Below are positions 1 to 11,770 of a stretch of DNA of 64,000 bases, in pieces. The position numbers and the translations under genes were made by a program. The notes below the pieces were generated by a model that worked only from the letters and a program-made list of their open reading frames with translations, ran no database searches and was not told the DNA's origin. How positions within the stretch are numbered: position 1 is the first letter of the stretch; every line of letters starts with the position of its first letter. This DNA comes from Octopus sinensis (taxonomy: Eukaryota): NCBI RefSeq assembly GCF_006345805.1, contig NC_042999.1, forward strand, positions 100,874,001 through 100,938,000, read 5' to 3'.

Positions 1-2559
1 AGCACCAAGTAGCATTTCTAAACAGTTTTGAAAAACAGTGAAATACAAACGAGGAATAAAATAATTAGCCTCAGCACCCACCCACCAAAAACAAAACAAA
101 AAAAAAAGTAAAAGAAAATGGGAAAGGGAAAAATTTTATTAAAGCAGACACCAAATTGATCCTGGAAAAGATTTCATAACAGAATGGGTGTTGTTGTTGT
201 TGGTGGTGGTGGTGGCAATGGCAGCATTGTATTTTTTTCTGAAAGGGATAATTAAATCAAATTACCGTTTTTTAAAAAAGTTTTCTTGGTATTGTTGTAG
301 TTATTGTTGTTGTTTGTTAGCTCCAGTTCAGCTGTGACATAACATGCGCCTCTTAACAAAGGCATTTTCCCTGTAACCATCCAGTAGCTCCTTCAAACAC
401 TGCATATCTAAGAGGTTATTATCTAATGTGTGGTCCATAATCTGTCCTTCACTTTTCTCAGTGGCAGAGTGTAGTTCCAGATAGATTTGGCTACTGTTTC
501 TAGCATAACCACACAGAATCTCCTTCATTTGTTTATAGAGTTTTGTAGTAGTCATAATAGCTATCCTCCTCTTCTTCCTCCTTCTCCTCCTCCTCATTTT
601 CATTGTTGTTGCTGTTCTTGTTGTTCTTGTATACTTTTCCTAGCTTTCATGCGTCAGATGGAATCCAATGAGACAATTCTCTATGGCTAGATGCCCTTCT
701 TGTCACCAACCCTCACTGTTTCCAAGTAAGGTAATTTTTTCCCCTGGCTGCACATGTTTTCACAGAAGATTAGAAATGAAGGACAACACTTGTATGATGG
801 TGACACTTGTCAGAGCCAGGAGATGACAACAGAGAGACAAATGAAAGTGAACCAGAATGGTATAAGTGACAGGGAGGAGACGAAAATGTAAGAGGGGAGA
901 GAAAGAGAAAGACTGATAGCTAGCACTAAAGAGTGATTGAGTATGTGTGCGTATATCTTTTAAGAAACATGAAAGAATAATCTTTACAAATCAGGGGAAA
1001 AAATTTACAGAGAGAAACAACTGAAACATTACCATATGTGAAGTTAGAGAAAAATGAAAATTTTATCTTTATGGAGAGAAGGAGGAGAGTGGGGGAGAGA
1101 GAAAGAAATAACTAATATTTTTTGAAATGTGATAAAAATATAAAACCAACTCTGCTTTCTGAAGTGTGTAAAGAATGGATTACAATGCATATATTACTGT
1201 GAAACTTTCAAATTAAAGAAATTATGGGAGAACCAGAACAATAATGAATTCAATGAGAAAAAACTTAAGATGGAGAAATGAAAATAGAAATCGACCTTTT
1301 ATAAAATGAAATGGGAATGCAATACTAAAAATCTTTACTATTGTCAAACATGAAATGCAAACCATTTGGAAATGTCCTTTCTATTTTCACATTTCCACAG
1401 AAATTGAAGAATGTCAAAACAAGAAGAATGATGACTTAAAAAGGTGAAATGAAATTGGAAAATAGTTCATAAGACATCAAATGAAAAAGAATAAAATAAT
1501 TCTTGGTGAAACAAAAATTTTTTTAAAATCTATTCATGAGACTAAGTTTTATGCATACAAAAATAATAAATGAAATGTCAAATTTAAGTTTTGAAAAATT
1601 GTAAAAACCCAAAAAGTGATAAGAAACTAACAACAATCAGCATGCACACTCATCATACAATGCTTGTAGATACTGCATTACATAACAGTAATTTGAACTG
1701 TAGAAATAAAGTTTCAATAAAGAAAGTGGGGTATAAGACAAAGTAAGCAATTGAAAAACTATGAAAACTAAGATATTCCAAACTGAAATATTCCCAGTTT
1801 AACAAATGAACTAAAATAAATCTACCAGTCCACTTTCCAATATCATATAGAAAGTATTGCTACTCTAGTGGTCTCAGTTAAAATGAATAAGCTTGACAAA
1901 GTGCAATACAGTTTAACAAGATTGTTGTTTTTTAACTATTAAGCTCATTATAGAGTTGAAAGAATTTTCAATATTTTTATTTACAATTTGTCTCGTTTGC
2001 ATGAAATTTCTATGCAAATCACAACTTCTATGAAATTATTACACATATATACCAAAATGCAGCATTATGTTACAGTGAGGTTCACAAATTTTATAATTTT
2101 AAGACTTCTATAATTTGAGACATAAAAATAACATTAATTAATGAACTTATTGAATGCACTGTTCAGGTCTATGACAGCTCATCAGGAAAAAGTAAAAGAG
2201 AGGACAGAAAGCAGCAACTCATGTAAATAAAGAGAGCAATGATAGCCAATAGCACATATATATTACATAGGATAAAACCCCCAAAAGACAGAAGAGTGAA
2301 TGAATAGTAAAAAAGCCAAAAAGAGGAAAGAGTAGAAAGGTACATCAGAAGTAGCATCAGTAAATTTGAGGAAGCATGGACTATTTGAAGGATACAGTAT
2401 CCTGATAGCTAACAACTGATTCAGATGATTTATACCATACTTCAACAATTCAGAACATGAAAACTATATTTCTAAAAGCCAAGGGTGTTGTGCAGCCTTT
2501 TTATTTTACAAATGTCTTCACAGAGGGTAAACATATTGAACTCAAAAAGGTGACCAAAG

Positions 2560-3110
2560 TCATTGTTTGAAAGATGGACAATCTTGCTGGCTTCCACCAA
2601 GTCAGCTCCTAGATATCAAAGCACTGATGCCCCAAGACACAATATGATCAAAATCTGGGACACCTTTCAGCAGTCTGATATTCTGGACAAGATGGGGTTT
2701 CCAAACTGGAGATGCAGACTGTGCATGCACTCATACCAAAACCGTATATAGCTTCAAATAGAAAGCCAGTGAGTAGCTGAAAAAGGCTTTACTAAATGAT
2801 GCTAAGATACCTTCAACCTGTTTGATGATTTCAGAAATGCAATTCATCCAATGCAGATCATTGTTGACAAAAATGCTTAGGTCACATTCACAAGTAGATC
2901 TCTTGAAGTTGGTGTTGTGAAGAGAGTAAGTAAATTCCAGGTTTTTCCTCCCCAAATCTACAATGATTTTCTTATCTACAATCAACTTAAATTATTAAAA
3001 GAGCAACCTATTGCTGCATTATATCCAGTCAGATTACAGGAGAGATCTATAGTGTGTAGGATTTGCTCTCTTTTATCTAGGTTTATGTTGCCTATGCCTT
3101 TTAATTAAGT
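2560..3110 (-). mobile_element. Degraded CR1/L2-group LINE, C-terminal part of the reverse transcriptase ORF
   Basis: Minus translation gives LGRKNLEFTYSLHNTNFKRSTCECDLSIFVNNDLHWMNCISEIIKQVEGILASFSKAF...YLKLYTVLV*...ASPVWKPHL. This follows the CR1-type pattern HLGRxN.Y.L....ERDLGV.V...L.W..HI..I...A...L....F.....LY..LVRP.LEY..PVWSP. It contains stops. Confidence 0.6.
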
Positions 3111-3702
3111 GTAGCAAGTATATGTTCACAGATTGCCTGTCTACCCTTAAATACTCAAATATTGGCTCATATCTGTGTTTTCTACAAGTGATCACATGAC
3201 CTGGTCATGTGATGATCGAATCCTTCAAGCTTTATGCAAGCTATCATCCCGTGACAGACCAGATGAGTGCAGGCAAATTATGCCTATTCACTGGAACTAT
3301 TATCAGCTTCAAAAAGAGGTATCTTTGTTGTTTTTCTTCAGCATGGCAGGAAAACATGGTCTAGTTCAGATCTTGACAGAGAGGAAGTTTATTCTGCAGG
3401 TAGCCTCAGGTATTACATCTGTTCCTGTCTTCCAGCAGAAATATCACGTATTTGTTTTTCTGTTATACACTGCATATATCATCAAGTACCAACTGCATGA
3501 GAAACCAATATGTATATTTTCTGACAGTACCAACATTTGCTGTACCTTCCATTAGGCATTGAAATAAAGAGTGACAGTAAATTACAACTTTTGTACTCGT
3601 ATTTCTTTTTGCTGTTATATCTGACACATTTGGAACCAGGAAATTATAATGTTACCAGGGCCAGGGCCATGCAACTTCAACCCCTAAAAAAGTATCTGTA
3701 TA

Positions 3703-3873
3703 GGCGCAGGAGTGGCTGTGTGGTAAGTAGCTTGCTAACCAACCACATGGTTGCGGGTTCAGTCCCACTGCGTGGCATCTTGGGCAAGTGTCTTCTGCTA
3801 TAGCCCCGGGCCGACCAATGCCTTGTGAGTGGATTTGGTAGACGGAAACTGAAAGAAGCCTGTCGTATATATG

Positions 3874-3912
<39 letters not shown>

Positions 3913-4128
3913 TTGTGTGTCTGTGTTTGTCCCCCTAGCATTGCTTGACAACCGATGCTGGTGTGTTTACGTCCCCGCCACTTAGCGGTTCGGCAAAGGA
4001 GACCGATAGAATAAGTACTAGGCTAACAAAGAATAAGTTCCGGGGTCGATTTGATCGACTAAAGGCGGTGCTCCAGCATGGCCGCAGTCAAATGACTGAA
4101 ACAAGTAAAAGAGTAAAAGAGTAAGAGT
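3703..4128 (+). mobile_element. tRNA-derived SINE, family A, near full length
   Basis: Head ggcgcaggagtggctgtgtggtaag...ggttcagtccc has A/B-box-like motifs, followed by an internal TA/TG microsatellite and a tail aaaagagtaaaagagt. Close copies at 26250 and 50632. Confidence 0.9.
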
Positions 4129-5218
4129 ATCTGTTTTGTTAACACATGCAACAAACAACAGGGGACCAAGAATATATTCCTGCAATATTCAAGATATCAT
4201 TGAAGAATGTTGTCTTGCTATCACAAATGAAATAACATTTTAGACTCAATCTCAAAACTTCACTCATTTGACACTTCCAAACTTTATTGTAACAGACTTC
4301 CTAAATTAGAACCCATAGTTAAATTAAATAAATTTTGGGCAAATAGATTTCCTAACTTGTTTAAAAACAAATTTTCTATAAAAAAAAATTACATAAACCA
4401 TGAATTTCATTAATTAATGGAAACTTGGTGTATGCATAGGGGTCACCAACTAATTTTGCAACTAGAAAGATCTAAGTCGCTCAAATATGTCTCTCTTTCA
4501 TATTCAGTTTTCTGGAAAAAAAAAATTCCACAACATAGAGAAATATTTTGTACAACTTTCATATCATAAATTGAACTAGAAACAATGTCTGAATAATTTT
4601 TCAAAGAAAAAAAAAGAAATATTTCATGTCAAGCTGTGATAATCCCTATATTAAAAAAAAAAAATCATATCTAAAAACAACTACTTCCACTACATACACC
4701 AAATACTAGAAAAAAAATAACCAAACAAACAAATAAACATATAAGCTCAGCTTATAACAAGTTATATCTGATCTCTAAATCACATAATATAAAATGTAAA
4801 ACAGAGAAAGGATACATTTTTATAATCTAACACAAATTAAATACCTTTAGATATTTTTGTGATTAAGTTTCTAATGAGTAAATTGGTTATGGCTTTTAAT
4901 TAATTTTCAGTATAAAGATTTTTGGAGAAGTTTACTAAAATATCTGTAATTATATGTATTGTATATTATGCTGAAATCTGAAATCTCAGGAATATCATTC
5001 ATATTATAACTGGATTTTAATCAAAATTTTAATCTAAAAATAAACACTTTAAAAGTGGGTGTTTTCAAGTGGATTGGTATTAACAAGGTTAATTACAATC
5101 CATACTATCTAGAAACAAGATCAAATGAATTAGAAATACATTAAAATAAAGAAGGCCCTATAAGGAAGTATTGATCATCAAAAGCCTTAGAAAACTAATC
5201 TTATAATCAGGAATGGTT

Positions 5219-5400
5219 AGGTGCAGGCATAGCGTTGTTGTTAAGAAGTTCACTTCATAACCACATGCATCTGGGTTTAGTCCCTTTTTGTGGTACCTTG
5301 GGGGTTTTCTATGCTTGCACTAAGTCAACAGATGCCTTGTGAGTGAATTCGGTAGACAGAAAATGCATTAAGAATGTGTGTGTGTGCGTTTATGCATAAT
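5219..5400 (+). mobile_element. Degraded 5' half of SINE family A
   Basis: aggtgcaggcatagcgttgttgttaagaagttcacttcataaccacatg...ccttgtgagtgaattcggtagacagaaa aligns by eye with the copy at 3703. Confidence 0.6.
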
Positions 5401-5681
5401 TATATACACACACACACATATAATGTGCATGTGTGTGTATGTGTGTATGTGTGTATAAAAAGGATGAAATAGATAGATTATTGATATATTTAAGATACAA
5501 ATCTCATTTTAAACTGACCATAAAACCTAACCTTATAATTTCGTTTGCTGAATGTTAAGTATTTTAATAACAGAAATGATAAATTTTCTTTTGTAAAGTT
5601 AAATGATAATCCTGTGATATTTGAAGGAGGCTGAAACAAAACAAACAAGAAAAAGAACAGAATAATGAAGAGTCATCTTAC

Positions 5682-5878
5682 TTCTGGAAGGTTATCGTTA
5701 TACAGAAGTTCATCTAATGTCCGGAAAGTTATACTTCTTTCGACTTTCTCAGCTCGAAAGTGCTTCTGTCGCTTCCTTCGTTGCATTCTGGGTGATCCAC
5801 ATCCATCTGCAGAAATATCTGTATCAGAATCTGAGTCTGAGCTGCCTTCCGTGCTGTGAATTTGGCCAAGGTCATCTT
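5682..5878 (-). CDS. TULP4: TULP4 coding exon (Ser/Asp-rich linker)
   Basis: Acceptor ttaattgcAG at 5880-5879 and donor GTAAGA from 5681. The exon is 197 nt, phase 1 in and phase 0 out, matching the phase-1 end of exon 9603-9831. It encodes KDDLGQIHSTEGSSDSDSDTDISADGCGSPRMQRRKRQKHFRAEKVERSITFRTLDELLYNDNLPE, in the position of the S/D-rich SPR-containing segment of TULP4. Confidence 0.85.
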
Positions 5879-6294
5879 CTGCAATTAAGTTGAAATGTAT
5901 ATATTTAACTCATTATATCTATTATTTCCATTTTGGCCAGTCTGTTCACCAATAATATTTCAATTTTTCAAAATGAAAATGTTACAAGATTTATTCTTGA
6001 CATATAATAAACACACACACACACACAAACATGCATATACAGTAGCTGAAATACCTGGCATTGTCCAAGTTGAATATTCACAGAATTAATGGTAACATCA
6101 GAAAGTAATTTAAATTATAGTAAATATTTTGGAAAAACACTCAGTGCACTCAGAACTATGTACAATACTAGAACTACTAAATATTTTACAGAATTTTTCT
6201 TTTTCAGATATCCATGTTTTAAACGTGCAATTTCAATTCTGCAAAATATTATACACAAATGCAAATCTTTCCAGTCCTCTAATTTCTGATTAAA

Positions 6295-6420
6295 TGTAAC
6301 CTTTACCCTAACCTGAAACCCTAATACTAAGTTCTAACAATAAACCCTTCCCTTAAACCCTAACTCTAAGTTTGTCCCTGAAATCTAAACTAATACTGAA
6401 TTTTAACCCTAACCCTGTTT
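6295..6420. repeat. Degenerate (CCCTAA)n telomere-like tract
   Basis: taacctttaccctaacctgaaaccctaa...taaaccctaactctaa...taaccctaaccctg. Confidence 0.55.
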
Positions 6421-7169
6421 TTTGTATAAAAGTGCATTTTCTTATGCTTAAGGCATATACTTGCAGAAAAAAAAACTGAAAACGAAAAAGTAACTGTCAG
6501 GGTTTAAAACAAGTATTAAAATGCCTCATTTGTACACTTCACTTTGGTTTGGTTGCTTTCATTGGATTTCCTACCTGATACCAACCACATTACAGAGTGT
6601 ACTGGAACAGTTTATCTTGTCACCAGCACCAGAGAATGTTCTTATGTCTTTGACAAGTCAAAAATGTACACACAACATGTTTCTGATCATTCACAAACTA
6701 CTAGGTACATTCTTCAATGGCACCAGCAAGAGAGAGGGTGTCATGTCAATGACATGACAACATTCTCAGACATGACAAACATTCTTTGAACTTTGCAGTA
6801 TCTCTGGTCATTCACTGATCATCTTACAAAGTACACTACATATATTACTATCACTAATCCAGTAAAATTACAAATGAAAGTTTTGCATCTCTGAAGATTT
6901 AACAACGAAATTTAATTTTATATTTTACCTTACATAACTAGATAAACCATTCTATGTTAATGAAATGCATGAAAAATATTGTAACTAAAGATTTCATAAA
7001 CAAGTTCTCCTGTTCTGTTTTGTTTTACACACATGCATGTATCAACACATACCTCCACATTCTCCTCCTAAATACTTCCTCTTAGTAGTGGGAGTTTTTC
7101 CCCTTTCCTTTTTCCCTGTTCTCTTTTGGACTTGCAAGTTACAATGGCAACCTAACTAGTTTTGGTGGC

Positions 7170-7340
7170 ACAAAAAAAAAGCACCTAGTAAGTGGTTGGT
7201 GTTAGAAAGGGCATCCAACCAAAGAAACCGTGCAAAAGATGATACTGGAGCTCAATGTGGCCTTGCAGCCTGCAGGTTACTGTAAAATTGTTGAACTCAT
7301 GCCAGCATGGAAAGCAGATGCTAAATGAAGATGATATATT
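7170..7340 (+). mobile_element. Degraded RTE 3'-tail fragment
   Basis: ggtggcacaaaaaaaaagcacc...tggttggtgttagaaagggcatccaacc...catgccagcatggaaagcagatgctaaatgaagatgat matches the tail at 14380-14545. Confidence 0.65.
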
Positions 7341-7747
7341 CATACATAGAAACAGCATGGTTGAATAGGTAAAAAGTTTGTTTTACAATCCTGGGTTTGA
7401 TGTGGAAGTGTATTTTACTATAACCAAGCATTGAAGCAAACCTTACACATAAAAGTAGATAGATGAAAACCGTATGGAAGTCTATCAGATGAACTGTACA
7501 TGTAATTCAAAGGTCCAGCCTTGTCACACACTGTGTCACATCTGCTTGAAAATTATGTTATGGGTACATAAATCTATGGAATACTCAACCACTGGTGCAC
7601 TAGTTCATTATTAAACAGATAGTCCAGTTGGTTGAAAAACCAAATGATCATTGGTGAAACTGATGAAGATCCAGTTATTTTGCTTTAAGAACCCCCCCCC
7701 CATATATATATATATGTGTGTGTGCGTGTGTGTGTGTGTGTGTGTGT

Positions 7748-7980
7748 GAAGGCGCAATGGCCCAGTGGTTAGGGCAGCGGACTTGCGGTTGTTTATTGAG
7801 TGAAAACACCTAAAAGACCCACACGGCTCTTTCGCCACAACTTTCTCTCACTCCTTCTTCTGTTGGCCTGCTCGCTTACCCAGCGGGGTGGCATCATTTC
7901 AAGGCTAAAACAATGCGAAGTGCATTGTGACCAGCGATGTGTAGCAACATCTGATAGCCTGGGCGGTGATGGAGATCACG
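7748..7980 (+). mobile_element. tRNA-headed SINE of another family, probably internally deleted
   Basis: gaaggcgcaatggcccagtggttagggcagcggacttgcgg is a tRNA-like 5' half with an A box. It is CpG-rich relative to its flanks and sits between (TG)n and (TA)n tracts. Confidence 0.55.
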
Positions 7981-7992
7981 GTGATATATATA

Positions 7993-8075
<83 letters not shown>

Positions 8076-8124
8076 CACACACACACATGCATAGAGAGAG
8101 AGAGAGAGGCAAGGAGAGAGTAAT

Positions 8125-8340
8125 ATTGGTTTAAAATTTTGGCACAAGGCCAGCAATTTGGGGGAAGGGGGTTAGTCAATTACATCGACCCCTTTAATTG
8201 ACTGGTGCTTATTTTATCAACCTTCAAAGGATCAAAGACAATGTTGACCTCGGAGGAATTTGAACTCAGAATGTAAAGATGGACAAAGTGCCACTAAGCA
8301 TCTTGCCAGGCATGTGATTGATTCTGCTAGCTCACCACCA
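8125..8340 (-). mobile_element. SINE family B
   Basis: The minus strand reads tggtggtgagctagcagaatc...cttagtggcactttgtcc...ctgagttcaaattcctccgaggtcaac, with a B-box-like GTTCAAATTCC. Homologous to the copies at 20090, 23540, 47050 and 48425. Confidence 0.75.
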
Positions 8341-8828
8341 TAAAAGAGAGGGAATAATAACTATTAAATTATAACATATTTCTGTTATTATCTTTCACTG
8401 TTTTATATCTATTTCCCCTTTTATTATATTAGCTGGATGGTGTATTTGTTGGAGCAATTGCTTTTGCAAGTGAATGGCATTCCTACTGCTAACCACTCAA
8501 CTATGAAATAGGTAGTGAAAACTATTGTTTTCTGGGTTCTTCCTTTTTTTTTCTTTAATGGCGGTTGGTTATATCAGGTAAACTGAAGTAAATTGAGTTA
8601 TGCCAACTTGCCCAGTGTCACAATTTTACAACAGTAAAAAGGTTTGAACTTATGATCATATGGTCAGTAGTCCAGTACATTAACTGCATAGCCTTTGCAC
8701 TTCTTAAGTAAATTGAAAACAACATTATTGAAAATAGAATTACGTTGAAAATAAAATTACTGAAGCAATAGCAGAAGATAAAATATTTGACAAATTTTTT
8801 ACCCATATTTTGCATCCGATTCTTATTT

Positions 8829-8829
<1 letters not shown>

Positions 8830-8924
<95 letters not shown>
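8830..8924. repeat. Perfect (CT)n microsatellite, about 47 units
   Basis: Seen directly. Confidence 0.99.
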
Positions 8925-8927
<3 letters not shown>

Positions 8928-9602
8928 TTTCTCTCACCCACTCACTTCTGCTCCAAAATATTTAGTTCTTTTAATATTTTTATTTGAACTTAGAACTTCA
9001 ACTTTTTACTGAATGCCATACTGAGCAGCATGTTCTGCAGATAACTGCACATGTTGGAGATGACTAAGATAACAACAGACAAGATCTTGTATACTCCAGA
9101 GCTATATTACTTCAAAGCTTCCTACCTGTCTCTGCTTCTTTTTTTAACAGTTCAACTTCAAATGAATGCATTAAAACTTACTCACCTGTACTTAACCAAG
9201 CAGTCTGGGAGACATTTTAAAAACTACAGGGTTGTTTTTTTTCTTTGAACTATAGCACACACACACAGATAGTTTATACAAAGTTGTTACTCTGAGTTTT
9301 CCATCTCTGTTTTTCATTGTGAAATTATTCAGAATAGATTTAAACAAATGAATAAACTCTAGCACATGTATTAAAAACCGTTTTTTACTTTCTTATAAGT
9401 AACGGAAAATAACCACAGACACACAAACATTGTGTGTGTGAACTGCTTCCACTTCTCCCTCTACCTCATCCTTATCACCTTTATCATCATTTTTACACCT
9501 GCTTTTAGTGGTATAAAGTAAAATGTAGATTTTAAGTAAATAAATAAATAAAAAATAAAATAAAATCACACTAAAAATTCTTCTTTATTTGGAATGACTT
9601 AC

Positions 9603-9831
9603 TTTGGAATGTTTTGATTTTGGGATCAAAAATGACAAAATCAGGCCTTAGTTTACTGGTGCGTTTTCCTTTGAGCAAAGGGACTAAACCTCCAAGGTAC
9701 TCCAGATACAATGTGTAGTGACCTCCAGATGTCTCCTCTCCATGCCGAAGCATTGTGCAGTATAAACGCTCATTCCCGGGGGGTGGAATACTCACAAACT
9801 CCCGGAGCTTGAATGGATCTGGAATGTAACT
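9603..9831 (-). CDS. TULP4: TULP4 coding exon (conserved block after the SOCS box)
   Basis: Acceptor ttttttaaAG at 9833-9832 and donor GTAAGT from 9602. The exon is 229 nt (phase 0 to phase 1). It encodes SYIPDPFKLREFVSIPPPGNERLYCTMLRHGEETSGGHYTLYLEYLGGLVPLLKGKRTSKLRPDFVIFDPKIKTFQ, closely resembling the TULP4 motif GNERLHCTM...YTLYLEYLGGLVPILKGRRISKLRPEFVIMDP. Confidence 0.95.
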
Positions 9832-10092
9832 CTTTAAAAAAAAAAAAATATAAAATACAACAAATTAATAACTTAATTAAATTAAGAAAACAAAATAACA
9901 AATATCTTAAATATAAGTACAAGGCCAGCAATGTTGAGGGAAGGGATTTAGTTGGTACCAATGACTCTAGCATCTGGGTGGTACTTTAATTTATTGATTC
10001 TGCTAGCTGATGATTTCTAACTTAAGCACAACGTCAGAACATCATATATTAATAATGGTAGTGATCAATCTTTTTCATGAAAGACACATTAA

Positions 10093-10312
10093 CCCTTTCA
10101 TTACTGTATTTATTTTGAGATGCTCTGTGTTTCTTTCAATTACTTTAAATATAATAAAGAATTTAGTAAAATAACTTAGTTATCATTCATCTAAGGTTAG
10201 GAATATAAATTGTGACTAAGGTTTGGTGGAATATTTTAATTCAAAACTTATGAAAACAAGACATTTGTACACAGAGCCAGGGCCTGTTCCAGCCAGGCTG
10301 GTAACAAAAGGG
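10093..10312. mobile_element. piggyBac-type MITE, 220 bp
   Basis: TTAA on both sides (10089-10092 and 10313-10316). Terminal inverted repeats CCCTTTCATTAC / GTAACAAAAGGG match at 10 of 12 positions. Confidence 0.8.
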
Positions 10313-11639
10313 TTAAGCAGTGTGGTCATCCCTGATTGACAAAAAGACAGGAAGATCATGCCTGAGTTGCCATAAATCATATAACAGTTCAATCAGACCT
10401 AACTTAGCAATGAATAACAACAATAACAGTCTATGGCATATTTTCATTCAGTTTCTTGAATGTATTTTTCTGATATGTTCATATAAGTGTAGCCATCTCT
10501 CTTCAATATGTCAGCTGATACCTTTCATGATAAGTCACTTTCTAAATGTCTTGTACTAAACATACCTTGAAAGTTTACTGTAAACCCATTACAGAATATA
10601 TTTGATTCTCCAATTGCTGGAGATCCCCTGCATACATTGGTCATGTGTGTCTAAGTGTATTTCATCTTTTTAGTCAAGAAGGAAAGCAGTGTTCATGACC
10701 TGTTACAGGGCCTCTGAGAATGGTATGAGGGAGGGAGAGAGAAAGTTATCTGCAAACTGGAGATTTGCTTACAACAGAGTGCATGCTGCTGAAAGTACCC
10801 TTGATTTTCCATTTCATGGTGGTGGTGTTAAAAAAGGGAGACTGATGAAGTTTACATGTCATATTAATTCAAATATATCATACAAAAATCATATATATGT
10901 TTATGTGTATATATACATACATGCACAAATGCTATATATATTCTTGTAAAATAATATATGCTCATGAAAAATGTACAGATCTAATTACAGACAACAAAAT
11001 TCCAGGAAAAAACTCTTATGTGACTTTTCTTTAATATCACAATGTATAGAATAAAGGAAAGTTTAGTTAAATTTAGTCAAATAATTGTTGTATAAAATAC
11101 ATTGGAAAAGTTCACGCATCTTAAGCAAAAATGGAAAATAAATTTGAAAGTGACGTTTGAACTTTACCAAAGCAGGTTGTAAATATCCACTTTCAGTAAA
11201 GTCAACTTAGTGGAAATTACACAAAACTTACAGAAAACTGTCACATTTTCTAACTTGGAGTTAAAGCAATTAAGATAATCTAGATACTTAATTCAGATAA
11301 ATTTATATATACATATGTGTTTTAGTACACTTGCATCTCTTTCTTGTATTATATATCTCTAATTATTAACACTAACAGAGTAGCTTAGTAACACACATTG
11401 GATACTACCTGATATTAATCTATTTTGATTAACTGTAATTAATAGTCAAGCATTTTGAATGAGTTTTTTGTATTATATTTTACTTTATTATTTTAATCTT
11501 ATTTTATTTTTTAAGCAATATCACTCATCACTCAATATTCATCATCATCAGCATCAACATTATTCAAAAATTATTGAAATGAATGTGCAAATGAAAGATT
11601 CAGAATATCAATAATTTGTTTTCTGTCATTCGCAAAATC

Positions 11640-11768
11640 GTTAGAGCAATGGAAAAATTGCTTTGCAGATTTGTTCCAGCTCTTTCAATTCTGAATTCAA
11701 AACCTGCTGAAATCAACTTCATTTTTCATTCTTTCAGGATCAATAAAACAAGTACCAGTTAAGTACCT
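11640..11768 (+). mobile_element. Partial SINE family B
   Basis: ttctgaattcaaaacctgctgaaatcaacttcatttttcattctttcaggatcaataaaacaagtaccagtt matches the family B body. Confidence 0.55.
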
Positions 11769-11770
11769 TT

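Noticed and set aside
328-603. 91-aa minus ORF (LYKQMKEILCGYARN...) as the next TULP4 exon
   Set aside because: It has no resemblance to the expected VTSNIWGTKFK block, and its N-terminus is a translated trinucleotide tract beside a repeat tail.
3175-3555. 126-aa plus ORF
   Set aside because: No recognisable motif, and it adjoins a decayed LINE relic. It is probably a chance open frame.
8618-9012. ORFs with poly-(ER) or poly-(LS)
   Set aside because: They are translations of the (CT)n microsatellite.
10670-10725. Apparent plus-strand mini-exon (tttttag...gaatg/gtatga)
   Set aside because: It is 49 nt, has stops in two frames, and has no partner exons on the plus strand.
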